A DNA stretch of 62,148 nt, from contig NW_015167130.1 of the NCBI RefSeq assembly GCF_001447785.1, forward strand, positions 23,973 through 86,120, given 5' to 3'. This DNA comes from Gekko japonicus (taxonomy: Eukaryota). Positions 24,059 to 35,000 of the stretch are shown in pieces (position 1 is the first letter of the stretch; every line of letters begins with the position of its first letter). Under the pieces are notes generated by a model. It saw only the letters and a program-made list of their open reading frames with translations. It was not told the origin of the DNA and searched no databases. A program made the translations under genes and the position numbers.

Positions 24059-25525
24059 AAGTATTTGCACAGAGACCCTGCTTTCTCTTTCTGGCCACTA
24101 AAAGGAAATACCTGGTACACGTGGAGATCTTCTGAATTTCATCTGTCACCAAAGCCAGGAATTAGCACACTGGTAGAACTTTATTGAAGGCAACAAAGGA
24201 AGGCAGAGGGGCTAGATGGGATTCTGGAACTTTCGGCCATGAACCTATCCCAGGGCTTTTTTTCTAGCCGGTACTCATTTGCATATTAAGCAACACACCC
24301 CTAATGTAGCCAATCCTCCAAGAGCTTACAGTAGCTCCTGTAAGAAGAACTCTGTAAGCTCTTGGAGGATTGGCTACATTTGGGGGTGTGGCCTAATATG
24401 CAAGTTCTACCAGTGTGCTAATTCCTGGCTTTGGTGTCTGTTGCGGGCTCTGAGCTGAGGGTGTGGACGGATGGTTTGTGGAAGCAACAAGGACATCAAC
24501 AGAATGGGCAGGGGGAATCCCAGCACAATACTGTCCACACAGCAGCATGCAGAGGTGGGTGTGTAGCCCAAAGACACTGCTTTACTCATGGGTAGCCCTA
24601 AATAACAGGGCAAACCTCCTCTAACCTGGATCAGAGACCCACAAAGTCAGACCAAAGAAGGCGCTCTTGGCCTGAAACACAGAGCTAGCCAACAGCTCTG
24701 CAAATGGGTTTCCATTTTCATGTTGATCAAGGCAGCCCTCAAAGCAGTCGCCAGTCTTCCCCTTCCACCCAGCAACGGTATGCATATGAAACAGTATCGA
24801 GTTCCACCAGGGCCCCGGTCACACGAGCGGGAAAATCTGCACTGGAAGGGAGGCATTTTAAAGGCAGAGCTAAAAGAAGCTCAGGAGTGCAATCTTACGG
24901 TCCCCCGCGGCTCTGTCCTCAGGCCGTTGGCAGCCAATCACACAAGGGAGGCAACAGCATGGTCCCAACGAGGCAACACGGCAGTACTGCGTTACTGCAC
25001 ATGCACGGGTCGCGGACAGCTGCTGGATGCCATGGGCTACCGGCGCGTCTCCGATCAGACACCCGCCCATGACGCTCATTTACCAGAAGCTACTACCTTT
25101 TCCCCAGTGCCTTTTAAATTCGCTTCTTCGGGCCGATGGTGCGGGTTGGAAATGTGTGTGCTGCGCTTCCTAGATGTTGCCGTATGATCGCGCTCATTTG
25201 ATGCACCCTCAATCCATCCGTTTTGCGGGGCAAATTCTACCGTGTGACTGGGGCCCAGGAAGAGTATCTGCATTTCTAAATGCTATTCAGAGGCAGGGGA
25301 AACACTGGCCAAAGTGTGGTTTTTAAAAGCCGCACCAAAAAAGAGACGCTGTGGCCGTTGCTTCCCGGCACGATCAGATGCCGGGGAGGAAGAGACGATT
25401 GGGAGGAGGAGGGGGCGGGGCGTCGATCGAGAAGATGGAGGACGCATTCTGAGGAGGCTCCTGGACTCCCCCCCGAATTCCCTCTATAAAACGCTATTGA
25501 CGGACGAACTCTCTCGCTACACGGC

Positions 25526-26524
25526 ATGGGAAAGCTGAATAAACACAGACAGCAAACAACTAACTTCTCCAGTTCGCATCTGAAGAATTTTTTTCAACTT
25601 GAAAAGGCAAGCGGAAAAGCGCCAAGTAAAGATCGCGCGGCTGACAAAATGGCGGCGGGAAACGTTCCAACGGGCCTAGAAGCCGAAACACTTACTAAAA
25701 AAGACTTTTTCGATTCTATAAAAGAGCTGAAAACAGAAATACTCAATAACATGCAAGCTTTAATTAAACCGCTGACGGATCGGATGGACGAGATGCAAAC
25801 CGCAATGCAACAAATCGCCCTCTCAGCAGACGCAGCCATGGAGGCGACCGTAAACAACCAGGAGGAAATAAGGTACCTTCATGACGCTGAAATATGGGCC
25901 AGAGAGCGCATTCTACTTCTGGAACATAGATCACGGGAAAAATTCCTTAAACTACGCGGTTTTCCTGAGCAGGCAGAGGGTGAGTCGGAGCTTACCTGTT
26001 TCTTAGCTGAATGGATGACTTCTGTGATTGAGTTTGAGGACAATGTTGAGCCTATGCTTACAAGGGCATATCGCCTTGGGAGTAACGCAGCAGACAAACG
26101 GAGAGGGCCCAGGGACATTATGGTGGAGTTCCTGGATCTGAAGGACAAGCAAAAAATCCTGCAAGCAACAAAAAAAGCAAAGAGCTTTAAGTTTCAAAAC
26201 GTGGAAATAACCATCTTTCCAGACGTTCCACCCGAGGCCCTCCAGATCAGAAGAGTGTTGAAACCTATAACAGCTAAGCTGATCGAGAAAGGAGTTAAAT
26301 ACAAATGGGCCACTACGGGCTACTTGCAGGTCCGATATAAAGGGACTTTACATCAGGCAGCAGATCTGGAAGCTGGAAATGCTCTATTAAAGGCGCTTGG
26401 TCTGCAAGTGGATGAAGAAATGGAAATGGGGGACGATCCTGCAGGCAAAAAACGAAAACGCCCAGAGCAAGCTACTCCTAGTAGATGGAGCAGGCTGGCG
26501 TCAAGGAGAAGAATGAACTTTTAA
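25526..26524 (+). CDS. L1 ORF1p (coiled coil plus RRM/CTD-like region)
   Basis: 332-aa open frame with LKLRGFPE, RAYRLG, PRDIMVEF, IFPDV and YKW motifs typical of L1 ORF1. Alternative start at ATG 25649. Confidence 0.85.
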   Translation: MGKLNKHRQQTTNFSSSHLKNFFQLEKASGKAPSKDRAADKMAAGNVPTGLEAETLTKKDFFDSIKELKTEILNNMQALIKPLTDRMDEMQTAMQQIALSADAAMEATVNNQEEIRYLHDAEIWARERILLLEHRSREKFLKLRGFPEQAEGESELTCFLAEWMTSVIEFEDNVEPMLTRAYRLGSNAADKRRGPRDIMVEFLDLKDKQKILQATKKAKSFKFQNVEITIFPDVPPEALQIRRVLKPITAKLIEKGVKYKWATTGYLQVRYKGTLHQAADLEAGNALLKALGLQVDEEMEMGDDPAGKKRKRPEQATPSRWSRLASRRRMNF

Positions 26525-27062
26525 AATGATCACTATATCAGGTTCTTCTTACAATACTTTATGTACAAAAAGCCATACAATCTTTTGGTAACATTGGTAA
26601 ATGTTTGCGGATATCAATAATATCTTGACTTTTGAGAGAGCTCTATTGATATAAAAGAGGGAAGGGGGGGGGAGTTCTAGGTTTCTTCCTTAGGCTCCCT
26701 GATAATGTTGTTTCACTTTGTATTTTTCTTTATTTGTTTAGAATACTGTTTGACTATAGTCTCTAAATTTGGGCTATTACAGCTCAGTGCAGGGATTTTC
26801 CCTTCACACGGAGACTATTGGGGAAAGGGGGGAGGGGAGGGAGTTTGTGGGGTGTTATTAAAGCCTAATCAGAAAGGAAGGCTGTTACAGCTGGAGGAGA
26901 GGTTTTTCTTAATTCTAGACCTTTTGGAAATGTTTATAAATTGTTTGAATGGACAACGAAGTATAGTAGGTGATACATTTGTAAAGTTAGAAAGGAAAAA
27001 GGTATGGGGGGGTCTATCTTTTTGGGTTATTAAGTGTAATATGCATTATAGATACAAATTTA

Positions 27063-30000
27063 ATGGCTGAATTAAATGTTATTTCTTTGAACTGCCGTGG
27101 TTTAAATAATTATGTTAAGGCCAAGTGCATTGCAAAAGAACTTCAGAGGCAAAGAACTCAAGTGGCCTTTTTACAGGAGACATATATTAAGAAAAAAGAC
27201 ATAAGAGCACTGCCCTCGGCCTGGTTTCCAACCCAAATATTAGCCCCGGGTTCAAGTAAGTCGAGGGGGGTAGCTATTGTAATTGCCAAGGACCTTACAT
27301 TTAAATTAGAGGACACGCTGATTGATGAGGAAGGTAGATTTGTTTTTTTAAATGGAGTGCTAAATGACATGCAGCTGACCTTTGCTACCCTTTATGCACC
27401 TAACTCTAACCAATTAAGTTTTTTGAAAAAGGTCCTTGCACAACTCAAAATTTTTGCTAAAGGACATATAATTCTGGGAGGGGATTTCAATTATTTGATA
27501 AACCCTAACATAGACAAGTCATCTGCCTCTCGTTTTCATGCAACTAAGCATAAAAGTAAAACTCCTACGTCATTTCAGCAACTGGTAAATAAATATGAAC
27601 TGAATGATATTTGGAGAACCCAGCATCAACAGGAAAGAGATTATACGTATTTCTCTAATAGATTTAGAACGCATACCCGTATTGACTATATATTTTTATC
27701 AAAAACTTTGTTAGGATACAACATTTCGACCTCAATTGGGAATCAGTTGTGGTCAGATCATGCCCCAGTTTGTTGTAAAATTCAAATGGCTATAGAGCAG
27801 CAAAGGAATTATAACTGGAAGTTTAATAAAATTCTATTATACGAAGCGAAAATTAAGCAATCTCTCCAAGGGCATCTTCAAGAATTTTTCAAAAATAATG
27901 TAACTAATGATGTCTCTAACACTACAGTATGGGAAGCCTCAAAGGCCTATATAAGAGGACAATGTATGTCATTGTTAGCACAGAATAAAAAGGGAAAAAA
28001 GAAAATACAATCTGAATTAGTAAACACAATTCAAATACTAGAAAGCAAGCATAAACTAACATGCAGTACTAAAATATATCAACGGCTGCAAAATGTACGA
28101 AAGCAGCTGGAAATGTTAGAAACTTCAAATATTTTTAAGACAAATTTTAGCTATTTTAAAAATAACACTACAAAGTCATCAAAGAGATTAAATTTTTTAT
28201 CGTGGAGACTGAAAAAACAACAAGCGGAGAGGCATATTTCAGGGCTTCGAAATGAACAAAAGGAAATGCAATATTCCACTAAAGATATCCTTACGACATT
28301 GGAAGCCTTTTATAGTCAATTATATTCGACATCTAGGCCTAAAGAGGAAGACATGCAAGTCTTTTTTAACAAATTAGAGCAACTACCCAAACTTGACAAC
28401 GAACATAGGGAAAGTTTAGAAGCCACCTTTTCGATACAAGAATTATAAACAGCAATCAAAGCACTGAAAAATAATAAATCCCCGGGCCCGGACGGGTTTA
28501 TTAATGAGTATTATAAATCATTTTTTACGGTATTAAGCCCAACGCTATTGGAGGTTTGTAACTCAGTATTGGTCACGGGCAACATGCCTGAAACGTGGAA
28601 GAGAGCTAATGTTGTCTTGATCCCGAAAAAGGATAAAGATCTTACCAACCCGGCATCATATCGTCCAATAACATTAGCTAATACAGATTACAAAATTTTC
28701 ACGAGTATGATTGCAGCAAGAGTTAAAAAAATCATTGGTCAGTATGTACACCAAGACCAAACGGGTTTTATAACCTCAAGGGATATCACGGATAATGTCA
28801 GGAAGACGTTGAACATTATTCATTTTGGAAAAACTCAAAAACAACAGCCTGCACTGATGCTTGCAGTGGATATCCAAAAGGCATTTGATTCTATAGAGAT
28901 ACCGTATCTAAAAACTTTATTTCGACATCTTAATTTTGGTCCGAGTTTTTGTAATTTAATTAATGCCATATATGATAAACCTCAAATCAGTATTTTAGTA
29001 AACGGGGCGTCCACTGTACCGATTACTCTTCAACGGGGGACAAAACAGGGGTGTCCCCTCTCTCCTTTATTATTTGTATGGGCTATGGAACCCCTTGCCT
29101 GTGCGCTTCGAGAGAATAAAAATGTTGAAGGTATTAAAATTGCGGGAAAAGAATTTAAGATCAGTATGTTCGCTGATGATGTTATATTGTATATTTCGTC
29201 TCCCTTGAAGTCACTAACAAACATTCAAGCAATATTTAATAGTTTTGGAAGGATAGCGGGTCTGTGTATTAACAACACAAAGTCATTGATTTATAATATA
29301 AATACTCCAACAATAACTGAGTTAGAGATTAAAGCTCAATTTAAATATCAATGGGTAGATAATTATTTTTCATATTTAGGGATTAAAATTCCGTTACAGT
29401 TAAAGGACTTAATTATTAAAGTAAATCATAAGGCCATTCATAAAGAAATTATGGGTAAGCTGCTCAAATGGAATACTAATACTTTCTCTTGGATAGACAG
29501 GGTGACTATCCTACGTTCGTATATTTTACCTAAATATATGTACTTATTTAGAACAATCCCAGTTTTTATTCCATCTAATTTACTTAAACGATGGCAAAAA
29601 GACATATATAGTTTTGTGTGGAAATTTAAATCACCACGAATTAAACAACTAACTATGACAAGACCAAGAAAGAAAGGGGGTATGGCCGCTCCGAATTTAA
29701 TTATTTACTACAAAGCAACAGTGTTAGCATCCTTGATAAGACAGTATAATCCTGAATTTCAACTTGATTGGAAATGGATTGAAGAGAATACGACTTTAGA
29801 CTCAGAGTTTCAATCATTGTTATGGAATTCTAGTTATCAAAAGGCTAAGGCAAAAGTTACCTCACCTTTTTTAAGAGATGTAATTAAATTATGGTTCCAA
29901 AATAAGAAGAGGCTTACCTCTAAGTTTTCGGTGATGAGTACTTTTTGTGGGCAATCCTGGTTCCCTCCAGCCAGGGACTCTTCTTCGTTTGGTTCCTGGA

Positions 30001-30915
30001 AAAAAGCTAAAATAACAAGGCTCATAGACATTATTCACAGGAAAAAAACTTTTAGAAAAAATTGATATTGAGAAAAAATATAGTGTACAACTAAAGTGGT
30101 TTGAGTATTTTCAGGTACGTCATTTTATAGAAACCTCAGACTTTAAGAATGCGCTTCAACAACCTCTTACAGAATATGAGCGTCTCCTCTATTTAGAAAA
30201 AAAGAAAAAGGGTCTTATTTCCAAAGTATATAATATCTTAACATCAGCACGGCAGTACGTTAAGCTCAGCTATCAAGAAATGTGGGAACGTGACACAGCA
30301 GTACAACTAACAGAGGAGAACTGGACACAAATCTGGAATACACATAATAAAATGTCTAACTCTCTGTACGTGCAAGAAGCGAATCTAAAGGTAGTTTTAC
30401 GTTGGTACATGACCCCGGCCAAATTGACCCATATGATACCACAGCTTTCTCCTTTATGTTGGAAGGGATGTAAAGAAAAAGCCACTTTTTATCATTGTTG
30501 GTGGAAGTGCAAGCACATACATAATTTCTGGGTTCAAGTAGCAACACAAATTAAAACATTAACGGATTGGGAACCGCCGGTAAACCCAACTTTAATGCTA
30601 TTAAACCTCTGGCCAAACGTGGCTATATCTAATGCTAAGAAACAGTTAATCAATTTATTATTTACTGCGGAAAAAATCCTTATAGCCAAGTTTTGGAAAA
30701 ATAAAAGTCCTCCATCCTTACAAAGTTGGTTGCATAAGGTATGGGACATTTTTCTTTTAGAAAATTTTAATACTCTTCATTCTGAAATTCAGACGGAATG
30801 TGAGTTGATGAATCCTTTAAACATATGGTACCCCATTTTAGAAAAAATTGATATTGATAAGTTCGATTGGGAGACCGTTAGAAATGTCAAGTTCAAGTTG
30901 TTACTGTATAACTAA
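27063..30915 (+). pseudogene. L1 ORF2p (APE endonuclease, reverse transcriptase, C-terminal Cys motif), disrupted
   Basis: EN motifs SLNCRGLN, FLQET, GGDFN, RIDYIF, SDH. RT motifs QGCPLSPLLF and FADD. C-terminal CWKGC...HCWWKC. In-frame TAA at 28446-28448 and a frameshift in the A7 run at 30042-30048. Confidence 0.92.
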
Positions 30916-31644
30916 AGTGTATCCAAAGACTGAGACAAATTGATGTTTTGATGTTTTGATGTTTTAATTGTTTTAAAAGATTTAAAAGGTTAGGACTTTC
31001 CCAATTTTGGAATTTTTAGATATATATTTTGATGTATCTTTATGTATTCTACTTTTTGAAGCTGTACAACTTCCTGATGTTTGGTTATTTGTTTGTTTTA
31101 TATTAAAAATAATAAAATTTATTTCAAAAAAAAACGATTGGGAGGAGGAGGTGGTTCTTTTTTGCTGCGGGGTTTGGCGGGGAGGGGTGGATTGGGAACG
31201 GGCTGGGAACAGGCGCAGCACAATTCCCAGATGTTGCTGTGGGATCGCGCCCGTTTGCTGCGGCCCCGATCCGTCCCTCTCCTGGCCTAAAACGTCTCGT
31301 GTGAACAGGGCCAGAGTCCACCTGATGAATAGCCCTTCAGAACTTCACCTAGCCCTTTTTGTGTGATACCTGTTCTTATAATTCCACTTAATTTAATTGG
31401 ACTTACTTCTGAATCAGCCAATTTAGGAATACAGTCCACAAAAATGAAATATGTCCTTCTGCCTCTAAACATCAAACTGAAGGCTAGTTCTTGGGCTCTA
31501 ACTTTGCTATTGGTGTTTGCTCACCAGGGACGTCTGAAAGCCAGAGGCAACTTTGAACCACTTAGGAGCTGAGGAAACTATTTGGATCAGATGGGGAGGG
31601 GGCGAAACCCATATTTGCTACAAACGTTGCTACTAAGAGCTCAA

Positions 31645-31945
31645 ACTCTGTAGACATAATTATTTCCCACTGGAATTAACAGAATTGCTGTAATTTATCA
31701 ATCTGGACAAAGTTGTGGTGGTGTTTCAGAAAGCACAAAAAAAATAAAGGAACATGTTTAATAGTGATTACTACAACCCCTGTGTGCAATTGATAGCTGT
31801 TCAAAGGGACTGCATCAGTTGGATCATGAGTGTTTTGCTTTGCTAGACTAGAAATCAGAGTGTTGACACTGCTGCAGACATTCTGAAACTCTGCAATAGG
31901 GAGATGGAAACATATACTCCTTTTTAAGTAACTTAAGCGGACTTA
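31645..31945 (+). promoter_or_regulatory. Putative promoter of V2R gene C (conserved TAATTA block and degenerate TATA-GCGGA motif)
   Basis: Homologous to the upstream region of gene D, at a similar distance from the ATG. Confidence 0.45.
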
Positions 31946-32034
31946 GCCACTCTCCAAGGGAGCTTGAGTAAGACAGCATAATGCTACAGATAGACATGGA
32001 GAGGTTGGATCCTGAAACGAGCATTTCCGTCCAA

Positions 32035-35000
32035 ATGTCGGAGCTAGTGGTGTTGCTGGTGCTTCTGCCTTGCATTGCATGCAAAGTAGATACAATGGCA
32101 TGCTCCAGAGAGGAGATCCATATTCCTCATGAATGGTACCAACCAGGGGATTTCCTCATTGGTGGGATTGTTTCTCAATTCAGCTACCACGTACACGAAC
32201 AAAAGTTTGAAAATGATTTTCCTCAAGAGACGTTTGAATTCACAGAGTAATTATATATTTTTCTCCTCAATTTTATTTTGAATCTAATCCCCAAAAAACT
32301 GAGATATGTAACGAACAGCATATAGAACTGATCCATGCCAGTACATAACTTTTTCTTTTTCTTTCTGAATCTTATTAATTTCTATTTGCAGCAGTACATA
32401 TGGGTTTTCTTCTCCCGCGTGTGTGTGTATGTGTGTAAAATACTGTCAAGTCTCAGCTGACGTATAGCAACCCCAACAAGGGGCTTTTAAGGCAAGTGAA
32501 AAGCAGAGGTGGTTTCCCTATGGCTGCCAGGTGGAAGGTCTCCAGGTCCCACCTGGAGGCTGGCAACCCTAGGTTTTCCATTGCCTTCCTCTGCAGATGG
32601 TGGCCTTTCGTGGTCTCCCTTCCAAGCACCAAGCCTGCTTAGCTTTCAAGATCTTACAAGATTGGTACATAGCCTGCTGCCTCCCCACCCTTCTTCTCCC
32701 ATACTGAAAACTTTGTATATTGTAGTGAGCAAAGAGCAGGGCAAGAGTTAGAAATTTGTTTGCATATTTGCTTGCTTTTAATTGACTACATTTCCATACA
32801 GTGAGATAGGAATATGCCTAATTTAGAAAACTGGAAGTCAGGGAAACTGGAGTGGGGGGGAAATATATATACCCTTCAGTATTCCAGTGCATATGACATT
32901 GGAAAATAATTGTGGAAATCACAATGGAATTGCAAACAGAGCTGTGTACAGAGTTTTCAATGGGACACTAAAAAAAAGATTGTTCAGACTGATAAAGGTG
33001 GGTTCTGAGGTAGGGCAATGCAGAAAGCATAGGAGTTGGGGAAACTGCTACACTTAGTACCGAAAAAACGTTGTTGAAACTGCCCTACAGATTACCAAGT
33101 GTTGCAATCGAATGCACTGGAAAAAGAGAGTAGAGGAAGACTAGGCCCCATGCTTGTTGCACATGATATAAGGAAAGGTTTCTAGACAGGATATGTGCTT
33201 GCCCTTTGTGTTAATTGTGGCTTCCAACAATATTACAACAATACATTGCACACAGTGGTTCTTGCTGTGTCTTTTTAATGAAGTTATTCTTAGCTTAAAA
33301 GATGGTCTAGTCATTCCCTTTTGCAAATGTGTACTTCTCTGTTACTTTCTGATAGACTCTGTTTCGGGGAGGGAAGGAAGCATGGTGTGGCCAGAAGCTA
33401 AGCAGGACCGGTACTTGGAAGGGAGACCAACCAGGACAGCACTGTGGAAGAAGGCAATGGCAAACCACCTCTGCTTCTCCCTCAAAAGTGCTTGGCTGGG
33501 GTTGCTCCAGCTTGGTTGCTATTCAACAACACTTTGCACACACATGTTTAATGTAGTTTTGATTTTGAACATTTCATTGTTATTACAATAAGAAGAAAAC
33601 AATGTGTCTGATATGTAGAGAGTAAAACCATTCACCCCATGTGGTATATGTTGCTTCCTTCTCGGTGTGGCACAACCCAAAAGTAGGTGGCACTTTGAGA
33701 TTTCACTTCTATGGTGGCATCTGCTTTCAGGGGACTAGAATTAATTCAAGAGAGGTATGAAGTGGGCAAGTAAGTTGTTTGTTGTAATTCTTGGATGGGG
33801 GAAAGAAAGTATTGGCTGTCTTTGGGAAAGTAGATCAAACTGTCAAGTAGTAATGCAACCCTTGATGTGACATGATAAATAAGCCAAATATATCAATAAT
33901 GTTTAGCAGAGAAAAGTATGGACACCACAACCTTACTTTCATGTGAAGGATCATTGGTTGAGACCTTCTCCCACAATTTTACACACACTGGTTCTACAAT
34001 TTTACACACTTACTGGCCCAAAGGCCTCAGTAAGAAAGGAGATTGGCTCAGTGTAACCATATGTGAGTTGAGGCATCTAAGCTCATTGATTTACTAGGGT
34101 GTAGCTCTACTTATTTATTTAGTAGGGTGGCTCAAGTAGTTAAGACGCTGAACTGCAGATCGGAAGGTCGGTGGAAGATTGGTAGTTTAGCAGTTCGAGA
34201 CCTGAGTGCTGCAAGATGGAGTGAGCTCCCGTCTGTGGTCCAAGCTCCTGCCAACCTAGCAGTTTGAAAGCAAGAAATTGCAAGTAGATAAATAGATACC
34301 ACTTTGGTGGGAAGGTAACAGTGTTCCGTGCACCTTGGCATCCAGTCATGCCAGCCACATGACCACAGAAATGTCTCTGGACAGAACTGGCTCTTTGGCT
34401 TGGAAACCGAGATCAGCACCGCATCCCTAGAGTTGGATTCCACTGGCTTTCGAGCAAGGGAAACCTTTTCCTTTACTCAGCTCTACTTCAGGTTGTCCTC
34501 TGAAGCATTTTGCCCACAAGTCACTCAATAAGAAAACACTTACTGCCACTACTCCAACCTGGTTCTGCAATTGTAATCCTGCCCTATGAAGGGATGTCCC
34601 CTTTCATACATAAGCCTAGATCATCAACCTCTGACTTGCTGGGGCTCAGTTTCAGCTTGTTTTCCCTAAGCCACTCATCTGTGGCATTCAAATACTGGCG
34701 ATTGACAGGGGAAGCCATTTCTGGGGTTTGATGAGGAAAAATATACAACTAGGTGACATTGTTCCCCCCCCCACACACACACACACACCTCAGACAGAGT
34801 GTTAACATGAAAGTGTATCCTTACAGTGATGTAATTTATTTAAAAGCTCAATATATTTAGAAATGTCCTTGCGTGATTTGGTGAAAGAAGCATTTAATTC
34901 TCTTTGAAGAATGATAACAAAGTTTTACCAGCACCCCTTGGCCTTGGCCTTTGCTGTCAACGAGATCAACATGGATTCCAAAATCTTGTCCAATGTCACA

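Larger units (their letters stand above)
25413..31133 (+). mobile_element. Full-length LINE-1 (L1 clade), ~5.7 kb, ORF2 inactivated
   Basis: 18-bp TSD ACGATTGGGAGGAGGAGG at 25395-25412 and 31134-31151. GC-rich 5' UTR, ORF1, spacer, ORF2, AATAAA at 31111 and a poly(A) tail. Absent from copy 1 (~6533-6550). Confidence 0.95.

Noticed and set aside
28440-30070. Programmed readthrough or frameshifting in L1 ORF2
   Set aside because: L1 ORF2 is normally one frame. A nonsense change and a homopolymer slip are simpler explanations.
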